In this document: in pieces, positions 40,863 through 49,422 of the stretch
Position numbering within the stretch: position 1 is the stretch's first letter
Layout: each line of letters opens with the position of its first letter
From: Veillonella parvula
GTDB lineage: Bacteria > Bacillota > Negativicutes > Veillonellales > Veillonellaceae
DNA: 59,600 nucleotides
NCBI GenBank assembly: GCA_947096075.1
Contig: CAMUQE010000001.1
Coordinates: forward strand, 1-59,600
Direction: 5' to 3'
Translations under genes and position numbers: made by a program
Notes under the pieces: model-generated
What the model was told of the DNA's origin: nothing
The model's input: the letters and a program-made list of their open reading frames with translations, nothing else
Database searches by the model: none

Positions 40863-42574
40863 CCACTAAATTATATGCACCTACATTGCGTGAGGTTCCA
40901 TCTGACGCTGATGTAGTAAGCCAACAGCTTATGCTTCGCGCTGGTTTTATGCGTAAAACTGCAAATGGTTTATATAGCTTTTTACCATTGGGTTGGAGAA
41001 GTATCAAAAAGATTGAAGCCATCGTACGTGAAGAAATGGATCGTGCTAGTGCTCAAGAAATTATGATGCCAATTTTACAGCCTGCAGAAATTTGGAAAGA
41101 GTCTGGCCGTTGGAAGGCATATGGCGCAGAAATGATGCGTATCAACGACCGTCATGATAATGAGTTTTGTCTAGGACCAACACATGAAGAGATGATTACA
41201 ACTCTCGTTAAAAATGAGATCAATTCATATCGTCAGTTACCAGTCAATTTATATCAAATTCAAAGTAAATTCCGCGATGAACGTCGTCCTCGTTATGGTT
41301 TGATGCGCAGTCGCGAATTTATTATGAAAGATGCTTATTCTTTTGACGTAGATGAAGCAGGCTTAGAAGAATCTTATAAGTCTATGTACGATGCATATAC
41401 TCGTATCTTTAATCGTTGTGGACTTACATTCCGTCCAGTAGAGGCTGATAGTGGTGCCATCGGTGGTAGTGGTACTCATGAATTTATGGCTATCGCTGAA
41501 GCAGGTGAAGCAGATATCGTATATTGTACTAAATGCGATTACGCTGCCAATATCGAAATCGGTAAGCCTGGCATCATAAAACAGGATGAAGAAGCTCTTC
41601 AAGAGTTATCCGTTGTAGATACTCCTAATGCTAGCACTATTGAAGCTGTTGCGGAAATGCTAAACTTACCACTACATAAAACTATTAAAGCTGTAGTGTT
41701 CTCTATTGATGGTAAAGTGGTATTAGCCATCGTTCGTGGCGATCATGAAGTAAATGAAGTTGCCGTACAACATGCCGTACTTGGTTCTGTAGAGCCTGAG
41801 ATGGCTACATCAGAAGAATTGGAAAAAGTAGGTTTAACAGCTGGCTTTATTAGTCCTGTAGGATTACAACAAACAGATGAATTTGCTATCGTTGTGGATG
41901 AGTCTGTTATGGAAACTTACAATGTTTGTGGTGGCGCTAATAAAAAGGATGCTCACTACGTAAATATCAATCCTAAACGGGACTTTAATGTAGCAGACAT
42001 TATTGTTGCTCCAATTCGTTTGATCACGAAGGACGATGTGTGTCCTAAATGTGGTGGTGCTTTAGAACATGCTAAAGGCATCGAAGTAGGTCAAGTATTT
42101 AAATTGGGTACCAAATATTCTGAAGCATTACAAGCTACATTCTTAGATCAAAATGGTCGTCCTAATCCAATGATTATGGGTTGCTATGGTATCGGTGTAT
42201 CTCGTACACTAGCTGCTGCTATTGAGCAATATCACGATGAAAATGGTATTATTTGGCCGCGTTCTATCGCTCCATTTGAAGCAGTTATTGTGCCAATTAA
42301 TGCAAAAGACGAAGCATTAATGTCTACTAGTCATACTATTTATACTGCATTAAAAGATGCTGGTGTTGATGTATTGCTTGATGATCGTAAAGATCGTGCA
42401 GGCGTTAAGTTTAAGGATGCTGATTTGATTGGTTATCCACTTCGCATTACAGTAAGTAAAAATACTCTTGAAAATAATGAAGTAGAAATTCAAATTCGTA
42501 AGTCTGGAGAAGCACTTCCTTGTGCTATTGATTCTGTAGCCACAAAAGTTGCAGAGTTACTTCAAAACTTATAA
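40856..42574 (+). CDS. proS: Proline--tRNA ligase with INS editing domain
   Basis: LGPTHEE, FRDERRPRYGLMRSREF, GIEVGQVF, MGCYGIGVSR. Confidence 0.98.
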   Translation: MLATKLYAPTLREVPSDADVVSQQLMLRAGFMRKTANGLYSFLPLGWRSIKKIEAIVREEMDRASAQEIMMPILQPAEIWKESGRWKAYGAEMMRINDRHDNEFCLGPTHEEMITTLVKNEINSYRQLPVNLYQIQSKFRDERRPRYGLMRSREFIMKDAYSFDVDEAGLEESYKSMYDAYTRIFNRCGLTFRPVEADSGAIGGSGTHEFMAIAEAGEADIVYCTKCDYAANIEIGKPGIIKQDEEALQELSVVDTPNASTIEAVAEMLNLPLHKTIKAVVFSIDGKVVLAIVRGDHEVNEVAVQHAVLGSVEPEMATSEELEKVGLTAGFISPVGLQQTDEFAIVVDESVMETYNVCGGANKKDAHYVNINPKRDFNVADIIVAPIRLITKDDVCPKCGGALEHAKGIEVGQVFKLGTKYSEALQATFLDQNGRPNPMIMGCYGIGVSRTLAAAIEQYHDENGIIWPRSIAPFEAVIVPINAKDEALMSTSHTIYTALKDAGVDVLLDDRKDRAGVKFKDADLIGYPLRITVSKNTLENNEVEIQIRKSGEALPCAIDSVATKVAELLQNL

Positions 42575-42576
42575 TA

Positions 42577-42622
42577 AAATTGCGATTCTAGTGAATACTC
42601 ATTAGGATCGCAATTTCTCTTT
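42577..42622 (+). terminator. Intrinsic terminator after proS
   Basis: aaattgcgattctagtga / tcattaggatcgcaattt stem with a pyrimidine tail. Confidence 0.8.
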
Positions 42623-42628
42623 ATAAAC

Positions 42629-42657
42629 TTGAATTAATGGACTAAATCAGTCATAAT
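42629..42657 (+). promoter_or_regulatory. Putative promoter for the PHP / P-loop-Asp23 / miaB operon
   Basis: TTGAAT, 17 bp, CATAAT. Confidence 0.5.
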
Positions 42658-42691
42658 TAAATAATAGGATATTTATAATGGGAGGTAGTAT

Positions 42692-43519
42692 ATGCTTGTA
42701 GATTTTCATATGCATTCCGTTTTTTCGGATGGTGTTGAAACGCCTAAAGAGTTGTTACGTCATGCCTTAGACTGTAATGTATCTATGATGGCTTTAACCG
42801 ATCATGATGAAATAGATGGCATTCAAGCATTGCGTGCTGCTCAAAAAGAATTAGATCCTAATGAATCTATTAAAATTGTAAATGGCTGTGAATTTAGTGC
42901 TGATTATAAAGATAAGTCTATTCATATTTTAGGGTATTGCTTTGATGAAACTAATAGAGAATTAAACGATTTTATTACTTTTTTTAAAAGAAAACGTGAA
43001 GAACGTATCGATGAAATCATTAGACGCTGTAATAATGAAGGCTATCACATTACAAAAAAAGAGCTTATCAAACAATTTCCTGATACTAAGGCTTATGGGC
43101 GTCCACATATTGGTAAACTTTTAATTGATGGTGGTTATGCTAAGGATATTAATGATGTTTTTAAAGGCATTTTACGAAAAGGTAGTCCTTGCTATGTGCC
43201 TAAGGTAAAAGTAGAGGTTCAACATATTATCGATATCATTCATAAAGCAGGTGGACTTGCCGTTATGGCTCATCCTAAATTGGTTACCAGTGATGAATAT
43301 GTGTTGGAAATGTTAGATTATAATTTTGATGGTATTGAGGTATATCATTCAAAACATAATGATGATGATGTAGAAAGATATAAAGCATTAGCTAAGGATT
43401 ATAACCTCTTTATTACGGGTGGTTCTGATTATCATGGGATTCCAGAAAAAAAACCTGATAAGTTTGGTGATTACTTAGTATCCGGTGAAGATGTATCAGA
43501 ATTTATTAGTTTATTATAA
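42692..43519 (+). CDS. PHP-domain phosphoesterase (TrpH/YciV-like)
   Basis: DFHMHSVFSDG, ALTDHD, HILGY, GRPHI, AHP, GGSDYHG. Confidence 0.9.
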   Translation: MLVDFHMHSVFSDGVETPKELLRHALDCNVSMMALTDHDEIDGIQALRAAQKELDPNESIKIVNGCEFSADYKDKSIHILGYCFDETNRELNDFITFFKRKREERIDEIIRRCNNEGYHITKKELIKQFPDTKAYGRPHIGKLLIDGGYAKDINDVFKGILRKGSPCYVPKVKVEVQHIIDIIHKAGGLAVMAHPKLVTSDEYVLEMLDYNFDGIEVYHSKHNDDDVERYKALAKDYNLFITGGSDYHGIPEKKPDKFGDYLVSGEDVSEFISLL

Positions 43520-43533
43520 ATATGAGGTAGACT

Positions 43534-44409
43534 ATGGAAGTCATTGCATTTGTAGGTAGTAGTGGCACAGGTAAGAGTCATCGTGCACTCGTAGTTGCTC
43601 ATGAAAATAAAATTGAATGTATTATCGATGATGGTATTTTGATTCATGATAATAAAATCGTGGCTGGCTTTTCTGCAAAAAAAGAGTCTAGTCGATTAAA
43701 AGCTGTTCGACGCGCTATTTTCCAAGATGAAGTGCAAGTTAAGTCCGTACGTGAACAACTAGATAAGATTAAACCTAATAAACTTATGATTATCGGTACC
43801 TCTGATAATATGGTGAAGAAGATTACTAAAGCTTTAGGTTTGCAAAATCCTGATCGTTATATTCGCATTGAAGATGTTGCAACACCTAAGGAAATTGAAA
43901 AGGCACAACATGCACGTTTGAAAGAAGGCAAGCATATTATTCCTGTGCCCACAATGGAATTAAAGCCGCACTTTAGAGGTTATCTAATCGATCCAATTAA
44001 AACCATGTGGCGTCGCCGCACTTTGAAGAAACAAGACCAAGATACATTAGGTCAAATTGGTTCTGAAGGTTTTGAGCGTTCTGTTGTACGTCCTGCTTTC
44101 AGTTACTATGGTAGACTCACTTTTGATGATGAAGTAATCATTAAATTGATTAGAAATGGGTTAAAAAAAGTAGCTGGTGTCGATGAGACCAGTATAATTT
44201 CTTTTAAAAAAAGCGACAAAGGTCAAAACGGTCTTGTTGTTGATATGGCTGTAGTTATTGAACATGGATATCCTGTTAAACCATTGATGCAACAGGTACA
44301 AAAATCTGTTCGCAATGAAATTGAATATATTACCGGCATGTCTATTGAACGTATGTCCATTAAAGTTAAGAATATTATTGAAACAAAACGTAAGATTGTT
44401 AAAGTTTAG
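43534..44409 (+). CDS. P-loop protein fused to a C-terminal Asp23/Gls24-like domain
   Basis: N-terminal GSSGTGKS and CIIDDG; C-terminal GRLTFDDEVI...VQKSVRNEIEYITGMSIERMSIKV. Confidence 0.75.
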   Translation: MEVIAFVGSSGTGKSHRALVVAHENKIECIIDDGILIHDNKIVAGFSAKKESSRLKAVRRAIFQDEVQVKSVREQLDKIKPNKLMIIGTSDNMVKKITKALGLQNPDRYIRIEDVATPKEIEKAQHARLKEGKHIIPVPTMELKPHFRGYLIDPIKTMWRRRTLKKQDQDTLGQIGSEGFERSVVRPAFSYYGRLTFDDEVIIKLIRNGLKKVAGVDETSIISFKKSDKGQNGLVVDMAVVIEHGYPVKPLMQQVQKSVRNEIEYITGMSIERMSIKVKNIIETKRKIVKV

Positions 44410-44417
44410 GAGTTAGA

Positions 44418-45731
44418 ATGAAGTCTTATTATATTTATACCTATGGTTGTCAAATGAATACCGCCGATTCTGAGCGCTTATCCCATCAGCTAGAGTCTGT
44501 TGGATATACGCCAACAGAGGAAGTTGAAACTGCAGATTTAATTTTGTTAAATACTTGTGCAGTGCGCGAAAATGCAGAAACTAAAGTTTATGGCCGCATA
44601 GGTGAACTAAAAAGACTGAAACGTAATAATAAAAACTTGATTATCGCCGTTACAGGATGTATGGCTCAAAAAAATCAGGCAGAAATGTTTAAACGAGCTC
44701 CACATATTGATATTGTATTAGGTACTCATAATATTCAACATATTAATGAGATGATTGAAGAGGTACAACGCGGTCACACGCATCAAATCAGCGTAGATAT
44801 GGATAACACTGTATTACCTGAATTAGAAGCAAAACCAAATGGCTCTTTTTATGCATGGGTACCTATTATGAATGGTTGTAATAAATTTTGTACCTATTGT
44901 ATTGTTCCCCATGTACGTGGTAGAGAAATTAGCCGTCCTGTAGAGGCCATTGTTAAAGAGGTTACAGAACTAGGGGCTAAAGGATTTAAAGAAATCACTT
45001 TATTGGGGCAAAATGTAAACTCTTATGGCCTAGATTTTAAAGATGGTACAGATTTTGGTACATTAGTTGATGCTCTTGATGGTATTCCAGGTATAGAACG
45101 TATTCGCTATATGACGAGTCACCCTCAAGATATGAGTAAGTCTATGATAGATGCACTTGGTAGATCTTCTAATATTGTTACGCATTTACATTTACCAATT
45201 CAATCTGGTTCTGACCGTATTCTTAAAAAAATGAACCGCCATTATACGGTGGAGCATTATAAAGAATTGCTTTCTTATTGTCGTGAAAAAATAAAAGATG
45301 TAGTGGTGACTACGGATATCATCGTAGGCTTTCCAGGAGAAACTGAGGAAGATTTTCAAGCTACATTACAGTTATTAAAAGATGTACGCTATGATATGGC
45401 TTATACGTTCATCTACTCTAAGCGTTCTGGGACGCCAGCTGCGACTATGGATGATCAAATTCCTGAAGAGGTTAAGCGTGTTCGTTTACAGACATTGATG
45501 GATGTACAAAATGAAATTTCTTATGAACTAAATAAACCTATGGAAGGACAAGTATTTGATATTATTATAGAGGGACCAAGTCCTCGTGATGAAGATATGT
45601 GGTTCGGTCGTACGTCTGGTAATAAAATGGTTTTATTCCCAAAAGACGAGTCCTTATCAATCGGTCAAACTGTACCAGCTTATATCGATAAAGCTCAAAC
45701 ATGGGTTTGTTATGGTAGTATTTTAAAATAA
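44418..45731 (+). CDS. miaB: tRNA i6A37 methylthiotransferase
   Basis: TYGCQMNTADSE, NTCAVRENAE, GCNKFCTYCIVP, TRAM domain; miaB-mutSL-miaA synteny. Confidence 0.96.
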   Translation: MKSYYIYTYGCQMNTADSERLSHQLESVGYTPTEEVETADLILLNTCAVRENAETKVYGRIGELKRLKRNNKNLIIAVTGCMAQKNQAEMFKRAPHIDIVLGTHNIQHINEMIEEVQRGHTHQISVDMDNTVLPELEAKPNGSFYAWVPIMNGCNKFCTYCIVPHVRGREISRPVEAIVKEVTELGAKGFKEITLLGQNVNSYGLDFKDGTDFGTLVDALDGIPGIERIRYMTSHPQDMSKSMIDALGRSSNIVTHLHLPIQSGSDRILKKMNRHYTVEHYKELLSYCREKIKDVVVTTDIIVGFPGETEEDFQATLQLLKDVRYDMAYTFIYSKRSGTPAATMDDQIPEEVKRVRLQTLMDVQNEISYELNKPMEGQVFDIIIEGPSPRDEDMWFGRTSGNKMVLFPKDESLSIGQTVPAYIDKAQTWVCYGSILK

Positions 45732-45743
45732 ACGATTAGAATT

Positions 45744-45835
45744 AAAAAGAACTCGTCACTATTATGTTAACTCTAAGGTTAGATTTTTTATCTAAAATTA
45801 GTGTGTCAAACATATGGTGACGATGTGCTTTTTTT
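45744..45835. repeat. Long imperfect palindrome (~90 bp), terminator and possible MITE-like remnant
   Basis: Outer arms aaaaagaactcgtcactat / atggtgacgatgtgcttttt; inner arms tatgtt..ctaa..ttagat / atctaa..ttag..aacata. Confidence 0.55.
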
Positions 45836-45863
45836 ATCATAGATACTGATTAGAAATCATGTG

Positions 45864-45872
45864 TGTTATAAT
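45864..45872 (+). promoter_or_regulatory. Extended -10 element upstream of the methyltransferase gene
   Basis: TG-T-TATAAT. Confidence 0.45.
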
Positions 45873-45961
45873 AATAGAATAATATAAAAGTTGTATATTG
45901 ATGACTTTCATAGGTATGAAGACCATTTAGATATCATATTTTCTATAAAGAAGGTGTAACT

Positions 45962-46762
45962 ATGAATTTAGATTTAAACGCTGTAGGCGAAACGGCATTA
46001 TTGACACTATATGCGAGAGCAAAAGATTACGAGTCTGTACAATCCGTATTGAAGGATAAAAAATCCTGGGAGATTATAAATCAGATTGAGTATGATTTTG
46101 ATCAATTTAAAGATGTTAAGATGTCCTATTATGGTATTTTAGGACGGGCTAAAGTTATCGATAATGAGATACGAAAGTTTATATCTCTTTATCCAGATTG
46201 TATCGTCGTATCATTAGGTGCCGGTTTAGATACTATGTTTTATCGAGTCGACAACGGTTATATTGATCGGTATAATATCGATTTTGCCGGAGTAATTGAG
46301 GCACGTTCACAATTTTTTGAGCCTCATGAACGAGTACATAACGTAGTGAGCTCTATAACTGATGAATTGTGGACTAAAAATATTGAGATAAATGGCCGAA
46401 AACTATTGCTTGTTAGTGAAGGGGTAGTTATGTATCTTACACTGGATGAAATGAAGCAATTCTTAGGATTACTGACTGATTCTTTTGAAGAATTTACCTT
46501 ATATCTTGATATGATTTCTCCTTACGTGGCAAAACGTAGTAAACAACATGATATGCTCAGTAAAATGGATGTTACTTTTCAATGGGGAACTAAGGATGGT
46601 CATGAAATTGTAGATATGAATCCTAAACTTAAACAAACTGCACTGATTAATTTTACAGGAAGTATGTTGTCCTTAGCGCCTATTATTTATAAATTGTTGT
46701 ATCCGTTCATATATTTGTTCAATAACCGCATGGGTATATACGAATATAAGCGGAATCTGTGA
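45962..46762 (+). CDS. Class I SAM-dependent methyltransferase (leucine carboxyl methyltransferase / TcmP-like)
   Basis: ETALLTLYARA, VVSLGAGLDTMFYRV, SEGVVMYL. Confidence 0.85.
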   Translation: MNLDLNAVGETALLTLYARAKDYESVQSVLKDKKSWEIINQIEYDFDQFKDVKMSYYGILGRAKVIDNEIRKFISLYPDCIVVSLGAGLDTMFYRVDNGYIDRYNIDFAGVIEARSQFFEPHERVHNVVSSITDELWTKNIEINGRKLLLVSEGVVMYLTLDEMKQFLGLLTDSFEEFTLYLDMISPYVAKRSKQHDMLSKMDVTFQWGTKDGHEIVDMNPKLKQTALINFTGSMLSLAPIIYKLLYPFIYLFNNRMGIYEYKRNL

Positions 46763-46788
46763 TATGACTCATAATATATGAGGTGAAA

Positions 46789-49422
46789 ATGAGTAAAAAG
46801 CAAACACCTATGATGGAACAGTATTTAGATATTAAATCTAGATACTCTGAAGAATTACTGTTCTTTCGCTTAGGTGACTTTTATGAATTATTTAATGATG
46901 ATGCTTTAGTTGCATCTCGTGAACTTAATATTACCTTAACAGGTCGACCTACAGGAGATGAGGAACGCACACCGATGTGTGGCGTTCCTTTTCATGCTGC
47001 TGAAAGCTATATAGAAACGCTTGTAAAAAAAGGATATAAGGTTGCTATTTGTGAACAATTAGAAGATCCTAAAGCAGTTAAAGGTATTGTTAAGCGCGAT
47101 GTTATTAAAGTTGTTACTCCTGGTACAGTAATGACAGAAAATGGCAACGATGCACGGTCAAATAACTTTTTATCATTATTTTATATGGTAAAAGATGCGT
47201 GGATTCTTGTGTTTTCCGATGTATCTACAGGAGAAGTTATTTGGCATCGCATTACAAATTGTGAAAAACGTAGTGATATGTATGATGCACTCAGCATGTA
47301 TCGACCAAGTGAAATCATATTGCCTGAAGGAACGATATTACCACAAGATATTCGAGATTTTATTGAAAATCAATTTAGTAATGTCGTATTTTCTCCTTTT
47401 TCTACATACTATACACAGCGTGAAGTAGCTGAAAAAGCTGTCACTCACTTTGGTGATTTAGGCCTTATGGAAGAGGATGTATGGGAAGCTTTAGGTTATA
47501 TGCTTTTATATTTAGAAGATATAATTAAGTCTGAAATTTCTCATATCAACTATGTACATCAATTAAGTGTAGGTAATCGCCTCATTCTTGATACATCTTC
47601 TTTGCGTCACCTTGAAATTACACACAATTTACGTGATGGTGGTCAAAAAGGTACTTTACTTGATGTGCTAGATCGTACCTTGACACCAATGGGAGCACGC
47701 CTTTTAAAACAATGGCTTGAAAGCCCGTTAACTGATGTAAATCAAATTCAACGTCGCCAAGCGGCCGTGGCAGAACTCATTACACGCGGTGCTGAACGCT
47801 CTCATATTCGTAGCTTTTTAGATTGTATTTACGATTTTGAACGCATTGTAGGTCGTGTTGAAACCGGATCGGTATCTCCAAGAGATTTAACAGCACTTCG
47901 TGAATCATTAGCAGTTTTACCGGATATTAAGAATGTATTAAGTACATCTTCAAGTTTAGCTTTAACGTCGATTAATGAACGCATTCAAGATCATAAAGAT
48001 ATTTATGACTTATTATGTCGTGCTATTGCAGAGCAACCAGCGTTGACATTAAAAGATGGTCGAGTTATTAAAGATGGCTTTAATGCTGATTTAGATGAGC
48101 TACGTTCTTTAGCGACTAATAGCGAGCAATGGCTTGCCAAGATGGAAGCGGATATTAAAGAAGCTACAGGGCTTTCAAAAATTAAGACTGGTTATAATAA
48201 AGTGTTTGGTTACTATTTTGAAGTATCACATAGTAAATCAGAACAAGTGCCAGACTATTTTATTCGAAAACAAACCTTGGCCAATGCTGAACGTTATATT
48301 ACACCTGAGTTGAAAGAGTTTGAAATTAAAATTCTCAGTGCAAAAGATAAAATTATTGCGTTGGAGCACGAACTATATCAACAATTGCGTAATGATATTA
48401 AACTGGTTATCAAAGAGGTACAAGAAACGGCTCGTGCCCTTGCAGACCTTGATGTATTATGCTCATTAGCATTAGTCGGATACGAAGAAAACTATATTTG
48501 TCCAACTATTGTTATGAATGGTCAAATCAATATTCGCGATGGTCGCCATCCGGTTATTGAAAAGTTTTTAAAACGAGAGGTGTTCGTACCAAATGATATT
48601 GTTCTAAATCATGATGATGAGGAATTCTTACTCATTACAGGCCCTAATATGGCAGGTAAATCTACTTACATGCGTCAAGCTGCTATTTTAATGATTATGG
48701 CACAGATTGGTTCCTTTATTCCCGCTCGTGAGGCCTCTATCTCTCCTGTAGATCGTATTTTTACACGTGTTGGTGCTAGTGATGATATTTCTACTGGTCA
48801 AAGTACGTTCATGGTGGAAATGAAAGAGGTAGCTTATATCTTAGAGAATGCTACTCACAATAGCTTGATTATTCTTGATGAAATTGGTCGGGGGACGAGT
48901 ACCTTTGATGGCTTAAGTATTGCACAAGCCGTAGTGGAACATATTTGTAAGCACATTCATAGCAAGACTTTATTTGCAACGCACTACCATGAATTGATTT
49001 GCTTAGAAGAAAACTATAGTAAATTAAAAAATTATACAGTAGCTGTTAAAGAAAAAGGGAAAGATGTTGCCTTTTTGCGCCGTATCATCAAAGGTGGTGC
49101 TGATCGCAGTTATGGTATTCACGTAGCTAGACTGGCAGGCCTACCTAATTCTGTATTAAAACGAGCTGAAGTGATTTTGGAATCGTTGGAAGATCAAAGT
49201 CACGATGCAAGTGACTTAAATAATCGAGTTATGGGGGCTCAACTTACTAATGTAGCAAAACCAGCTGTTAAGCAAGTTAGTGATTCCCCACTAGGAAATT
49301 TATTTACACATTCCGTAGTAGATAGCTTATTGGAAGTCGATGTAATGAGCATGACTCCAATTGAAGCATTAAATAAATTATATGAACTACAAGAGGAGGC
49401 TCGTAAAGGAGGTGGGAAATAA
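46789..49422 (+). CDS. mutS: DNA mismatch repair protein MutS
   Basis: TPMMEQY, FFRLGDFYELF, TGPNMAGKSTYMRQ, STFMVEM, DEIGRGTST; start 46783 or 46789. Confidence 0.98.
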   Translation: MSKKQTPMMEQYLDIKSRYSEELLFFRLGDFYELFNDDALVASRELNITLTGRPTGDEERTPMCGVPFHAAESYIETLVKKGYKVAICEQLEDPKAVKGIVKRDVIKVVTPGTVMTENGNDARSNNFLSLFYMVKDAWILVFSDVSTGEVIWHRITNCEKRSDMYDALSMYRPSEIILPEGTILPQDIRDFIENQFSNVVFSPFSTYYTQREVAEKAVTHFGDLGLMEEDVWEALGYMLLYLEDIIKSEISHINYVHQLSVGNRLILDTSSLRHLEITHNLRDGGQKGTLLDVLDRTLTPMGARLLKQWLESPLTDVNQIQRRQAAVAELITRGAERSHIRSFLDCIYDFERIVGRVETGSVSPRDLTALRESLAVLPDIKNVLSTSSSLALTSINERIQDHKDIYDLLCRAIAEQPALTLKDGRVIKDGFNADLDELRSLATNSEQWLAKMEADIKEATGLSKIKTGYNKVFGYYFEVSHSKSEQVPDYFIRKQTLANAERYITPELKEFEIKILSAKDKIIALEHELYQQLRNDIKLVIKEVQETARALADLDVLCSLALVGYEENYICPTIVMNGQINIRDGRHPVIEKFLKREVFVPNDIVLNHDDEEFLLITGPNMAGKSTYMRQAAILMIMAQIGSFIPAREASISPVDRIFTRVGASDDISTGQSTFMVEMKEVAYILENATHNSLIILDEIGRGTSTFDGLSIAQAVVEHICKHIHSKTLFATHYHELICLEENYSKLKNYTVAVKEKGKDVAFLRRIIKGGADRSYGIHVARLAGLPNSVLKRAEVILESLEDQSHDASDLNNRVMGAQLTNVAKPAVKQVSDSPLGNLFTHSVVDSLLEVDVMSMTPIEALNKLYELQEEARKGGGK

